33,363 nt of DNA from an uncultured Campylobacterales bacterium. GTDB taxonomy: Bacteria; Campylobacterota_A; Desulfurellia; JAADFJ01. The stretch's first letter is position 1. Every line of letters starts with the position of its first letter. The notes beneath the pieces were generated by a model, which ran no database searches, was not told the DNA's origin, and worked only from the letters and a program-made list of their open reading frames with translations. The translations under genes and the position numbers were made by a program. This document shows, one piece after another, positions 8,704-18,454 of this stretch. The DNA is taken from NCBI GenBank assembly GCA_964487285.1, contig CAZAPZ010000003.1:1-33363 (forward strand), given 5' to 3'.

Positions 8704-10273
8704 CTGAAACCTTCACATTATCTTTTAACAATTTATAGATAATAGAATCACATATTGCATCTTTACTTGCGTTTAGAATATCTGCCGATACTCCAACCGT
8801 TTCCCAACTGTTTTGTGAATCTTCCGTTGTAATGAGCAGCCTAGTTGAAGCGTCGGTACCTTTTGCAGGATCTAAAATTCTATCTTTATAATCCGAAAGT
8901 CTGCATTCTTTCAATGTTGGATAAAACTGCTCAAGTGCCGCCCTTAAAGCTGCATCAAATGCGCTTACAGGCCCGTTTCCCATACTTGCGGTATGGGCAT
9001 ATACTCCGTTTACCTCAACTCTAACAGTAGCTTCAACAAGAGGAAGCTCTTCTTTTTCTCTTTTCTCATCAAGAACTCTATAACTAATCAATCTAAAATA
9101 TTCCGGAACTTCGTTTAGCGCCCTTTTAACCATTAGGATAAACGATGCGTCGGCCGATTCAAAATTATACCCCATATTTTCTTTTTTCTTTATTTCCGAT
9201 AAAACTTCTCTTGCGGCAGGTGTACTTTTTTTGAGGTCAATACCCAACTCCTTTGCCTTATATATAATGTTGCTTATGCCTGAAAGATCCGACACCAGCA
9301 CTCTTCTCCTATTGCCCACTAAAGTAGGATCAATATGTTCATAAGTTTTTGTATCACGCAATACGGCTGAGACATGCACACCGCCTTTGTGAGCAAATGC
9401 ACTTTTGCCTACATATGCAAGAAAATGTTTGTGTTTAAGATTTAATACTTCATCAACTCTTCTGGAAAGTTTTGTCAACTGTTTAAGATTCGCAGCACCC
9501 GCTGTTTTGTTCATTTTCAACTCTAAATTAGGTATTATAGAGCATAAATTCGCATTCCCGCATCGCTCACCATATCCGTTTATCGTTCCTTGTACATGTT
9601 CTACTCCGGCATTTACAGCTGCAAGTGTGTTGGCAACAGCGCATTCGGAATCATTATGCGTATGAATACCGATACGGACAGTGCCCATCTTTTTTCTAAC
9701 TTCACTTACAATCTTATCTATCTCAAAAGGTAGTTTTCCCCCGTTTGTCTCGCAAAGCACAATGGTATCGGCACCTGCTGATTTTGCTGCCATAATAGTT
9801 TGTTCCGCATAATTTTTATTTAAAATATATCCGTCAAAAAAATGTTCCGCATCGTATATAATGCGGTCGGCGTACTTTGACAAATAGACTATAGAATTAT
9901 ATATTAATTCCACATTAAGTTCGAGAGTAATCTTAAGGGCGTTTTTGACATGCAGATCCCACGATTTACCGAAAATTGTTATAATAGGTGTCTCGGCTTT
10001 TATAAGTTTTTCAAAAATAGGATCCGTTACCGGAGAAAATTTAGCCCTATATGTACTGCCAAAAGCAGCTATCTTAGCATGCTTTAACGAGACTGTCTGA
10101 ATATCTCTGAAATATGTTTCATCTTTGGGGTTTGATCCCGGCCATCCTCCTTCGATAATATCTATACCAAAATCATCAAGAAGCTCGGTTATTTTGAGTT
10201 TATCTTCTACCAAACATGTAACACCTTCCGCCTGAGTGCCATCTCTCAGCGTTGTATCGTATGTTTCAATCAC
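8681..10273 (-). CDS. cimA: citramalate synthase / 2-isopropylmalate synthase family protein (CimA-like)
   Basis: Carries YDTTLRDGTQAEGV and IHTHNDSECAVAN, plus a C-terminal LeuA-dimer-type regulatory region. The track start (TTG 10319-10321) adds 16 non-homologous residues overlapping lysC. GTG 10271-10273 has GGAGG (10280-10284) 6 nt upstream and lies 4 nt after the lysC stop. The CimA versus LeuA assignment is not certain. Confidence 0.75.
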   Translation of the reverse strand: MIETYDTTLRDGTQAEGVTCLVEDKLKITELLDDFGIDIIEGGWPGSNPKDETYFRDIQTVSLKHAKIAAFGSTYRAKFSPVTDPIFEKLIKAETPIITIFGKSWDLHVKNALKITLELNVELIYNSIVYLSKYADRIIYDAEHFFDGYILNKNYAEQTIMAAKSAGADTIVLCETNGGKLPFEIDKIVSEVRKKMGTVRIGIHTHNDSECAVANTLAAVNAGVEHVQGTINGYGERCGNANLCSIIPNLELKMNKTAGAANLKQLTKLSRRVDEVLNLKHKHFLAYVGKSAFAHKGGVHVSAVLRDTKTYEHIDPTLVGNRRRVLVSDLSGISNIIYKAKELGIDLKKSTPAAREVLSEIKKKENMGYNFESADASFILMVKRALNEVPEYFRLISYRVLDEKREKEELPLVEATVRVEVNGVYAHTASMGNGPVSAFDAALRAALEQFYPTLKECRLSDYKDRILDPAKGTDASTRLLITTEDSQNSWETVGVSADILNASKDAICDSIIYKLLKDNVKVSDGSYISI

Positions 10274-11486
10274 TTTTATCCTCCAAAAATATATTATGCA
10301 GTGATCGCATGGCAAGCTCAAAATATTTTTCTTCGATTAAACAAGAAATCTTTATTTCGCTTGTCGCAATAACCAATATATTAATTCCTTCATCTGCAAG
10401 TATTCTAAACATATCCGATGCAACACCATAGTGATTTCGCATACCTACACCTACAATAGAAACTTTCGCCACTTTGTTATCCGTAATAATAGATTTTACA
10501 TTTAATCGCTCACATATCGGATGAATAACAAGTTTAGAGTTGGAAAGTTCATCAGCCGGTACGGTAAATGAAATGTCAGTAAATCCATCCTCGCTTATGT
10601 TTTGAACAATCATATCCACAACAATTTTGTTTGAGGCGAGCACTTCAAACAGCTCTGCTGAGATACCGGGCCTATCCGGAACGCCCATGACTGTAACTTT
10701 TGCCTGATTTTTATCACCTGCTATGCCTGAAACAGTCTTTTCTTCCATGCTATCCTCCTCTATCACAATCGTACCTGGCAATTCGGGCTCAAATGTCGAC
10801 TTCACTACAATCGGAATCTTGTAGCGTTTGGCCATATCAACCGAACGTATTTGAAGAACCTTGGCTCCAAGACTTGCCAATTCCATCATCTCATCATATC
10901 CTATTTGAGGTATAATTGAAGCGCCCTTAACAATCCTCGGATCAGCTGTATATACACCTGCAACATCAGTATATATAATGCAGCGGTATGCGCCAAGCAC
11001 AGCTGCAAGGGCAACAGCTGATGTATCGGAACCGCCTCTTCCAAGAGTAGTGACATCGCCTTCTTCATCAATTCCCTGAAAACCTGCAGCTATAACTATT
11101 TTGCCTTCTTCCAACTGCTGCCGTATTTTTTGAGTATTAATATACCTAATTCTTGCCCTCGTATGTATATTATCGGTTAGCACTCCCATCTGTCTGCCGG
11201 TCATAGCAACGGCTTTTCGGCCTAATTTATTAAGTGCAATAGATAGTAGTGCCGATGAAATTCTTTCGCCGGAAGATAAAAGCAGATCAATATCCCTGCT
11301 ATTGGGATTATCCCCGAAAAAATGAGCCATTTCCATCAATTCATCGGTTTTCCCCTTCATTGCCGATACGACAACTACAAGATTATCAACCTTGCCTTTC
11401 ACCTTTTTTATGAGATTAGCAACATTTTGAATCTTCTCTAATGTTCCTACGGACGATCCGCCAAATTTCAAAACTTCAGTTGCCAT
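10266..11486 (-). CDS. lysC: aspartate kinase (monofunctional, two C-terminal ACT domains)
   Basis: Carries VLKFGGSSVG, VVVSAMKGKTDEL and LGRGGSDTSA, followed by a tandem ACT-like C-terminus. ATG 11484-11486 directly abuts the ftsK stop (TAG 11487-11489), and AAGGA lies upstream inside ftsK. Confidence 0.9.
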   Translation of the reverse strand: MATEVLKFGGSSVGTLEKIQNVANLIKKVKGKVDNLVVVVSAMKGKTDELMEMAHFFGDNPNSRDIDLLLSSGERISSALLSIALNKLGRKAVAMTGRQMGVLTDNIHTRARIRYINTQKIRQQLEEGKIVIAAGFQGIDEEGDVTTLGRGGSDTSAVALAAVLGAYRCIIYTDVAGVYTADPRIVKGASIIPQIGYDEMMELASLGAKVLQIRSVDMAKRYKIPIVVKSTFEPELPGTIVIEEDSMEEKTVSGIAGDKNQAKVTVMGVPDRPGISAELFEVLASNKIVVDMIVQNISEDGFTDISFTVPADELSNSKLVIHPICERLNVKSIITDNKVAKVSIVGVGMRNHYGVASDMFRILADEGINILVIATSEIKISCLIEEKYFELAMRSLHNIFLEDKSD

Positions 11487-13685
11487 CTATTCGTTCCTTG
11501 ATAAGATCTCTCGTCTTCCATGAAGATCGGGTGCACTAATAATACCATCTTTTTCCATATGTTCAATGTATCCGGCTGATCTGTTATATCCTATTCTCAG
11601 TTTTCTCTGCAAATACGATATGGATGTCTTTTTATCGGATAAGACAATATCTATAGCCTTTTGATAATTCGTATCAAGGCTGTCGGATTGAAAATCTTGA
11701 AATTCTTCGGCTCCTTCGGAATCGTTTTCATCTTCTTCATAGTTATTTAAGCTTCTAAACAGAGATTCATCATAGTCAGGTTCGGAGTTGCTTTTTAAAA
11801 ATTTGCATACCTCGGATGTCTCGTATTCGGATATATATGCACAGTGAACTCTTACCGGCATGCTTGTTCCGGGAGCCACAAAAAGCATATCGCCTTTGCC
11901 AAGCAGCTTTTCAGCACCTGATGTATCAATCACAGTCCTTGAATCTATTTTTGATGCCACTTTAAAAGCAATTCGAGCGGAAAAGTTTGCTTTTATTACT
12001 CCCGTCAAAACATCAACGGATGGTCTTTGAGTGGCTACCACAAGATGTATGCCTGATGCTCTTGCCATTTGAGCAAGTCTTGCGATTGCAATTTCAACTT
12101 TCTTGGCTGATACTATCATAAGATCAGCCAACTCATCTATCACAACAACAAGATATGGCAATTTTTCATTATCAGGAACTTTCTTATTATAATTTTCAAT
12201 ATTTTTAACGCCTATTTTTCCCATTAAAGAATACCTGTACTCCATCTTTCTCACCATACCCGAAAGCGCCAATGATGCTTTATTGGGATCTGTAACAACT
12301 GGAATCAGCATATGAGGTATTCCATCATATACAGATAATTCCAACACTTTCGGATCTATCATCAAAAATTTGACTTGATTCGGATGAGACTTGTAAAGAA
12401 TGCTTGTGATAATGGTATTAAGACCAACGGATTTGCCTGCTCCGGTAGCTCCTGCTATCAGTAAATGAGGCATTTTAGCAAGGTCTGCCACAACGGGATA
12501 GCCCTCGGTATCTTTGCCGAGTGCCATAGCAAGAGGGGAAATTGAATTTTTAAATTTGGAGGAATCTATTACATCGGCAAGATACACCAGTTGACGCTTA
12601 TCATTTGAAACTTCAATTCCAATGACTCCTTTACCCGGCAGAGGAGCTATAATTCTCACGGAAAGCGCTTTCATTGCCATAGCAAGATCATCGGATAGAT
12701 TGACTACTTTGCTGACTTTAACCGTGGAAGCAGGCCTATACTCAAACATTGTTATAACCGGACCGGGATGAATCTGCGTAACATCTCCCATAATACCAAA
12801 ACGTTTTAATTTATCGGTAAGTATGCTTGACTTTTCTCTTAAATAATTTTCGTCAACAGCAATATACGCCTCTTGTCTATTTAAAAACCTCGTAGTGGGA
12901 AAGCTATAGGCATTAGAAGTATCATCGGTCTTTTTAAGCATATTTTTATTTTCAGATGTTGGGGCATCTTGTATAGTTCGAATGCTTGTCGCCGAATCCG
13001 TCAATTTTACCGCAATTGGAGTCTGTTCGGTTTTTTTATATTCGGTTTCGTTAAGCAAAACAGGTGGACTGGCAATATTGGCGTTTGATTTACGTTTTTC
13101 AACCGTCACCGTACCTGATTTCAATTCAGTCTCATTAGAATGGTTTTTTATCGGTAAGGCTATCATGTGCAAAATAAGTTTTGAAGCAATAGGTAATACG
13201 GCTCTAACCTGCTTATATACATTGCCAAAAAGCCATGAGGCTGTTCTTGAACTGCGAAATTGGTATAAACAGAAAACCAAAAAAGCCGCAGAAAAGAATT
13301 TAACGCTGTATGTCCCTATAATAGATGAAAGCGATAGATTGAAAACATTTCCAAAATAGCCCGAAGGCAAAAATTTATGGTTAATCAAATAATCATTATT
13401 ATGAGGTGACCATATTAGAAGCGACAGAAAAAATAGACCTAATAATCCCCATGCGAGGTGCCATGGAAATTTTCCATCCATCTTCCAATCTAAAAAAGCA
13501 ACAAAAAGCATCAGAGGCAGTATCAAAGAGGAATATCCAAAGCTGCCGAAACTTACAAACGATACGGCTCTGCCAAGTGTACCCGTTATATTAGAAACTA
13601 TGTCTATATATCCTAAAAATGCAATTTGTACAAAAATTGTAAAAAGTATGGCCAAGAAAAACAGTGCGCTAACAGCTGCTTTCAT
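11487..13685 (-). CDS. ftsK: DNA translocase FtsK
   Basis: Has N-terminal transmembrane segments and a low-complexity linker. The motor has Walker A AGATGAGKS, Walker B VVVIDELADLM and ATQRPSVDV. The C-terminal gamma winged helix is ISYLQRKLRIGYNRSAGYIEHMEKDGII. Confidence 0.9.
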   Translation of the reverse strand: MKAAVSALFFLAILFTIFVQIAFLGYIDIVSNITGTLGRAVSFVSFGSFGYSSLILPLMLFVAFLDWKMDGKFPWHLAWGLLGLFFLSLLIWSPHNNDYLINHKFLPSGYFGNVFNLSLSSIIGTYSVKFFSAAFLVFCLYQFRSSRTASWLFGNVYKQVRAVLPIASKLILHMIALPIKNHSNETELKSGTVTVEKRKSNANIASPPVLLNETEYKKTEQTPIAVKLTDSATSIRTIQDAPTSENKNMLKKTDDTSNAYSFPTTRFLNRQEAYIAVDENYLREKSSILTDKLKRFGIMGDVTQIHPGPVITMFEYRPASTVKVSKVVNLSDDLAMAMKALSVRIIAPLPGKGVIGIEVSNDKRQLVYLADVIDSSKFKNSISPLAMALGKDTEGYPVVADLAKMPHLLIAGATGAGKSVGLNTIITSILYKSHPNQVKFLMIDPKVLELSVYDGIPHMLIPVVTDPNKASLALSGMVRKMEYRYSLMGKIGVKNIENYNKKVPDNEKLPYLVVVIDELADLMIVSAKKVEIAIARLAQMARASGIHLVVATQRPSVDVLTGVIKANFSARIAFKVASKIDSRTVIDTSGAEKLLGKGDMLFVAPGTSMPVRVHCAYISEYETSEVCKFLKSNSEPDYDESLFRSLNNYEEDENDSEGAEEFQDFQSDSLDTNYQKAIDIVLSDKKTSISYLQRKLRIGYNRSAGYIEHMEKDGIISAPDLHGRREILSRNE

Positions 13686-13790
13686 ATTTCTGCACTCAAT
13701 GTTCTATGCATAGATAAATAAGTAGAAATCTTTAACATCTCATTTTACCTTATCCTCATTGAAACTCTCTTTCATGACAAATTCTAATTT

Positions 13791-15476
13791 CTAATTTTTT
13801 CTTTGAGGCAATAAGATCTCAACATGCGGGCTTACACCGGATTTTTTCGCAATATATTTTGCAATATCTTTGCTAATCCTTATTGATATTGAATTGCCAC
13901 CGCCCCTTTCACTAAGCAGTTTTAGATATCTGCCGACACTTCTTTTCTCTATATCAGCCTTCATATCTGTAAATAAATTATCTGAAATAAACCCCACGGC
14001 TTTACTTACTGCAGTTACAGATTCCAAATTGGCGGTAGGAGTAATTTTTACTATGATAATTCCGTTTTGCGCAAGTTTGTTCCTCTGTTTAATAACGTTG
14101 ATATCTATATTTGCCAATCTTTTTCCACTTATGAATTCTCTTCCGGTTTGAACTTTTCCTGTGATAGATATGTTTTTATCATTTTTTAATGTCACAATAT
14201 CGCCATTATCGGCCATAATGATGTTTTCTTTTGCTATACCGACTTCCTCGCCCAATTCCGCAAGCCTGGCTCTCATTCTGCGCTCACCATGAACAGGCAT
14301 AAGATAACGCGGATGCACCAAACTTATCATCATTTTCAATTCTTCAGCAGATCCATGGCCTGATACGTGTACAAAAGCATTTGCTTCATAGATTACATGA
14401 ACACCTTTTTCATAAAGCATATTAACAACCGAGGCAACCGACCGTTCGTTTCCGGGTATAGCTTTTGATGAAATAATAACGGCATCTCCATCTTTAGCCT
14501 TAATGATCTTATGTTCATCCTTTGCGATTCTCGAAAGAACACTCATAGGTTCACCTTGAGAACCTGTTGTTACAATGGCAACGGAACCATCCTTAGCCTG
14601 GTCTAAATATTTCACGTCAATTCGGTTGGCTTTTGGTATATTTATATACTTTAGTTCACTCGCAATCTCAACATTATTTACCATACTCCTGCCGGTAATG
14701 CAAACCTTTCGACCGTTTGCCACAGCTGCATCGGCAAATTGTTGAATCCTGTTAATGTTTGACGCAAATGTTGAACCTATAATACGTCCTTTTATCTTGG
14801 GAAAAATATCTTTGAAAGCTACGCCTACAAGTTTTTCAGACTGTGTATAGCCGCCATGAATCGCATTGGTAGAGTCAGACAACAGTATATCAACACCTTC
14901 ATCTCCGTACATAGAAAAACGCTGGAGATCCATTCGCTGCCCTATAGGTGAATTATCAATTTTAAAATCTCCGGTAACAATAACAGTTCCGGCAGGCGTT
15001 TTTACAGCATAAGAAACCGAATCTAATATGCTATGCGTAACTCTTATCGGCTCAACTGTAAAATCATCTATTTCTGTTTTTTCCCGCGGTTTTACGATTA
15101 TAAGTTTAGGAGATGTTATATCTCTAAACTCCTGCAGCTTTTTCTTTATTAAACCTATTGTAAGGCATGTCCCATAAACGGGAACATTTATTTTCTGCAG
15201 CAGATATGGTATGGCTCCCGTATGATCTTCATGACCATGCGTAATAAAAATGGCTTTAACCTTGCTGCCGTTTTTTGTCAAATAATCCAAGTCAGGTATT
15301 ACATAATCAACACCTAACATACTATCGTTAGGAAACATTAATCCCATATCTACAACAATAATTGAACCTTTATATTCAAAAGCAGTGCAGTTTAAACCGA
15401 TTTCCGATAAACCGCCCAGCGGAATAATGTTCAAATTTCCTTTTTTACTACTTCTTAATTTCCAGCCTCTCGACAT
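13791..15476 (-). CDS. rnj: ribonuclease J
   Basis: Has the metallo-beta-lactamase motif ITHGHEDHTG, a beta-CASP region and PVHGE, in 561 aa. ATG 15474-15476 has GGAG 5 nt upstream. The gene overlaps the rsmA 3-prime end by 29 nt. Confidence 0.9.
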   Translation of the reverse strand: MSRGWKLRSSKKGNLNIIPLGGLSEIGLNCTAFEYKGSIIVVDMGLMFPNDSMLGVDYVIPDLDYLTKNGSKVKAIFITHGHEDHTGAIPYLLQKINVPVYGTCLTIGLIKKKLQEFRDITSPKLIIVKPREKTEIDDFTVEPIRVTHSILDSVSYAVKTPAGTVIVTGDFKIDNSPIGQRMDLQRFSMYGDEGVDILLSDSTNAIHGGYTQSEKLVGVAFKDIFPKIKGRIIGSTFASNINRIQQFADAAVANGRKVCITGRSMVNNVEIASELKYINIPKANRIDVKYLDQAKDGSVAIVTTGSQGEPMSVLSRIAKDEHKIIKAKDGDAVIISSKAIPGNERSVASVVNMLYEKGVHVIYEANAFVHVSGHGSAEELKMMISLVHPRYLMPVHGERRMRARLAELGEEVGIAKENIIMADNGDIVTLKNDKNISITGKVQTGREFISGKRLANIDINVIKQRNKLAQNGIIIVKITPTANLESVTAVSKAVGFISDNLFTDMKADIEKRSVGRYLKLLSERGGGNSISIRISKDIAKYIAKKSGVSPHVEILLPQRKN

Positions 15477-16221
15477 ATTTACTCCATATATTATATAATT
15501 TTAGAAACTCGTTCCTGTCAATCTGATGAGCTCGTCTATTTGCAAAACTTCCCATCTGTTCCTTTTGTATTTTAAGATTGTTCATAAGCATTTTTTTTGG
15601 GTGCTTCCAACACTGCATTAAAAAATTCATATATTTATCTTTATCAATTGCATTGTAGCAGCATCTATTTTTAGGATAAATAGCAATGATTTCAGAATCA
15701 ACCTTAGGAGACGGCATAAATTGGTTCCTATTGACTTCAAGCAGTTTCCTGCTCTCAGCATACCAATCTAACCAGCACCCTAAAAAACATCTGTTTTTAT
15801 CGCCGTTCAAATAGTTTTCCGCCACCTCTTTTTGCAAACATACAATCATAGAATCGACTTGATCGCTCTCTATACATTTTCTTATTATTCTTTTTGCATT
15901 TGCATAGGGGAGATTTGATATTAATTTAAATCTACCTATACTATCTATATCCACATTTAAAAAATCATCTATTATCACCACTGCATCAAATCCGCTCAAA
16001 CTTTCTCGTAATACGGATTCAAGCGATCTGTCGATCTCAATAGCATATAGTTTGCATCGCTTTGCCAAACGTCTGCTTAATCTGCCATCTCCGGCACCTA
16101 CTTCTACAACAACATCACTGTCGGACAAATCAGCTGCATCAGCTATAAAATCAAGAATTTCATCGGATTCGAGAAAATTTTGAGAATATCGCTTTTTTGC
16201 CTTAATTCTCGCTTTTACCAT
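15448..16221 (-). CDS. rsmA: 16S rRNA (adenine1518/1519-N6)-dimethyltransferase
   Basis: Carries SQNFL, the SAM-binding motif VVEVGAGDGRLS and ISNLPY. ATG is at 16219-16221. The gene overlaps pdxA by 20 nt. Confidence 0.85.
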   Translation of the reverse strand: MVKARIKAKKRYSQNFLESDEILDFIADAADLSDSDVVVEVGAGDGRLSRRLAKRCKLYAIEIDRSLESVLRESLSGFDAVVIIDDFLNVDIDSIGRFKLISNLPYANAKRIIRKCIESDQVDSMIVCLQKEVAENYLNGDKNRCFLGCWLDWYAESRKLLEVNRNQFMPSPKVDSEIIAIYPKNRCCYNAIDKDKYMNFLMQCWKHPKKMLMNNLKIQKEQMGSFANRRAHQIDRNEFLKLYNIWSKYVERLEIKK

Positions 16222-17158
16222 TTATCATATCTTTCGCCATATTAAGAGCTGTAAAAAAACTTTGAGGATTTGCTTTGCCAAGTCCCGCTATATTATAAGC
16301 CGTACCATGATCAACTGATGTTCTTATAAACGGAAGACCGAGTGTAACATTAACTCCATCTGAGAAATGAAGCATCTTAAACGGAATCAAACCTTGATCA
16401 TGATAGGTCGCAACAAATCCATCATATTTAGCCCTGTTTTCCGAAGAAAAAGCGGCGTCAGGCACTATAGGACCATCGCAATAGCTAATATTATCTATAA
16501 TCGGCTTGATGGTTTCCATTTCACAATCTCCTATTACTCCTCCGTCACCTGCATGCGGATTGACACCCAATACCGCAATCTTAGGATTTTTTTTACCAAA
16601 ATAGTTTATAAGTGCATCATGCAGCGTTTTTATCGTATAAACAAGTCGTCTTTTAGTAATATTTTGCGTTACATATTTAAGTGCAACATGATCGGTTATC
16701 AAGCTAACTATTAAATCAGACGACGCCATAGTCATAACTGTTTCTTTTTCGGTAAACCGAGAAAAGAAATCGGTATGACCTACATAATGAAATCCAGCTA
16801 AGTTAAGTTCCAACTTATTTATAGGCAGAGTAACTATGGCATCTATCTTCTTATTCTTAGCCAATTCTGCTGCTTTTTTAACATATTCAAAGCTCATCCT
16901 ACCGTTTTTTTCAGACAACTTACCTACCGACGGAATAAAATCATCCCATAAATCAATAATATTTAAGGTATTATCTCTTAATTCGCCATTAGCATCGCTA
17001 TAAATAATATTGCTCATTCCAAACATTTTTCTGTAAAATTCAAGTACGCTCTTTGAACCGATAACAACCGAACCGTCTAAAGCTCCCTTCAAGTACGATT
17101 TCAAAACAATCTCGGGCCCTATTCCCGACGGATCTCCCATTGCAATTGCTATTTTCAT
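16202..17158 (-). CDS. pdxA: 4-hydroxythreonine-4-phosphate dehydrogenase
   Basis: Carries MGDPSGIGPEI, GHTDF and TSVDHGTAYNIAG. ATG is at 17156-17158, and I see no obvious SD. Confidence 0.85.
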   Translation of the reverse strand: MKIAIAMGDPSGIGPEIVLKSYLKGALDGSVVIGSKSVLEFYRKMFGMSNIIYSDANGELRDNTLNIIDLWDDFIPSVGKLSEKNGRMSFEYVKKAAELAKNKKIDAIVTLPINKLELNLAGFHYVGHTDFFSRFTEKETVMTMASSDLIVSLITDHVALKYVTQNITKRRLVYTIKTLHDALINYFGKKNPKIAVLGVNPHAGDGGVIGDCEMETIKPIIDNISYCDGPIVPDAAFSSENRAKYDGFVATYHDQGLIPFKMLHFSDGVNVTLGLPFIRTSVDHGTAYNIAGLGKANPQSFFTALNMAKDMINGKSEN

Positions 17159-17288
17159 CCGTTTAATACTTTTATGCTCTTACTGCTTTATGCCCTGCAA
17201 TGATAAAATAAGGCTTCCTTGACTCATACCGTTACTATTGCCGCTGAGGATCGTGTTATAAGCGTAAAATCGCAAACGGTTAAATTCT

Positions 17289-17522
17289 CTAACTTATTCT
17301 CTCGCAAGCATCCTCGCTGCTTCTGCGAGGTTCCGGATTCACAACTTTAAACTTAGAATTCATTTTTCTCGTATGAAGCTCTATTATATCGCCTATTTTA
17401 ACCTCATAAGGAGGTTTTTTTATTTTTCCATTAACAAAAACCATGCCGTTAGCGATAAACTCCTTCGATATCTCCCGCCTTTTCACAATTCTTGCTTGTT
17501 TTAGAAACTTATCTAACCTCAT
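17289..17522 (-). CDS. small S4-domain RNA-binding protein (Hsp15 / YabO-RqcP-like)
   Basis: MRLDKFLKQARIVKRREISKEFIANGMVFVNGKIKKPPYEVKIGDIIEL is a typical S4 fold N-terminus. I prefer ATG 17520-17522, which overlaps the upstream stop as ATGA. The track start at 17570 would add 16 residues and a 52-nt overlap. Confidence 0.7.
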   Translation of the reverse strand: MRLDKFLKQARIVKRREISKEFIANGMVFVNGKIKKPPYEVKIGDIIELHTRKMNSKFKVVNPEPRRSSEDACERIS

Positions 17523-18442
17523 TTTGCATATATCGTTATGGCTGAATACTGTTTTAATGTTGATATCCATCTTTCAAGAGCATCGCTCCCGTTACGATTA
17601 GCAAGGATGGTCTTTATTCTGTTTTTAATTTTGTTCAAAGGAATTATTTTATTGCGCCGCCTTCCTACAAGTTTTATTATAGAATAACTTACTGTAGTCT
17701 TAATAAGCCCATATACATCATTTGTTTTCATACTTTGTACAATTTTATAAAACGATGGGTAGAGATCTTCTGTATTTATCCATCCAAGATCATATTTTTT
17801 ATAATTCAACTTTTTAACTGCCTTCATAAAATTTACAGACCCGTTTTTTATCATGGTAAGCCAGTTTGCAGCTTTTGCCTCTGCCGGCTTCTCGTCATGT
17901 TTTGTAAAGTAAAATGGAAGCTGATATAGATGAACTGAATCAGGCATCCTAAACCGCTTCAGGTTGTCATCATAATAGCTTTTTATCTGACCATCTGTAA
18001 TGTCGATATTCTCCCTTACAACAGATGAAATCAGCTCTCTTTTTAAAACTTGAAGCTTTATAAAATGATCGAGCTCCGGTGTTGTCAATCCAAGTTTCTT
18101 ATAAATTTTCAAGCGTTTTGCAGTTAAAATCCTACTTTTTATCCTTTTATATTCACCGATATCTAATTTAAGTTTCATCTTTTCAGCTCTTTGTTCTATA
18201 AGCTTATCCTCTATAATTTGATTCAGGGCTTTTTTAGTATTGGAAATTCCATAATATTTCATAGTTTGGTAAAGATCTACTGCCGTTATGGGTTCATCAT
18301 TAACAACTGCAAGTGTATCATCTATAACAGCAGCATTGGATACCCCGTAAAATGGCAGTATTACCAAAAATAATACCAATATAATATCTTTTGCGATGCG
18401 TAATACAGGACTATTCATATTTAGTATTGTTTTTCTCTTCAT
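17519..18442 (-). CDS. SurA-N / parvulin-type peptidyl-prolyl isomerase-like periplasmic chaperone
   Basis: Has an N-terminal signal/anchor (ILVLFLVILPFYGVSNA), a SurA_N-like helical region and a degenerate parvulin segment (DLGWINTEDLYPSFYKIV...SYSIIKLVGRR). Its position upstream of pdxA-rsmA matches E. coli surA-pdxA-ksgA. Confidence 0.65.
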   Translation of the reverse strand: MKRKTILNMNSPVLRIAKDIILVLFLVILPFYGVSNAAVIDDTLAVVNDEPITAVDLYQTMKYYGISNTKKALNQIIEDKLIEQRAEKMKLKLDIGEYKRIKSRILTAKRLKIYKKLGLTTPELDHFIKLQVLKRELISSVVRENIDITDGQIKSYYDDNLKRFRMPDSVHLYQLPFYFTKHDEKPAEAKAANWLTMIKNGSVNFMKAVKKLNYKKYDLGWINTEDLYPSFYKIVQSMKTNDVYGLIKTTVSYSIIKLVGRRRNKIIPLNKIKNRIKTILANRNGSDALERWISTLKQYSAITIYAK

Positions 18443-18454
18443 ATATCATTTATT

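Noticed and set aside
10274-10321. N-terminal extensions implied by the longest-ORF track: cimA to 10321, TPR gene to 30667, S4 gene to 17570, pheA to 7712, icd to 30602, pfkA to 1211 and moeA to 26412.
   Set aside because: Four of these track starts are TTG or GTG (cimA, TPR gene, pheA, icd). The other three (S4 gene, pfkA, moeA) are upstream ATGs. All add non-homologous residues, overlap the upstream gene or sit too close to the SD. Downstream starts have better SD spacing, a signal peptide or a family-typical N-terminus.
17159-17288. The spacer considered as SRP (4.5S) RNA, 6S RNA or another known small RNA, because of a GAGUCAAGGAAGCC stretch.
   Set aside because: The conserved SRP domain IV motifs (GGAA/AGCA symmetric loop context) and an extended helix cannot be built. 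The region is too short for 6S or RNase P. It is kept only as an unexplained spacer.
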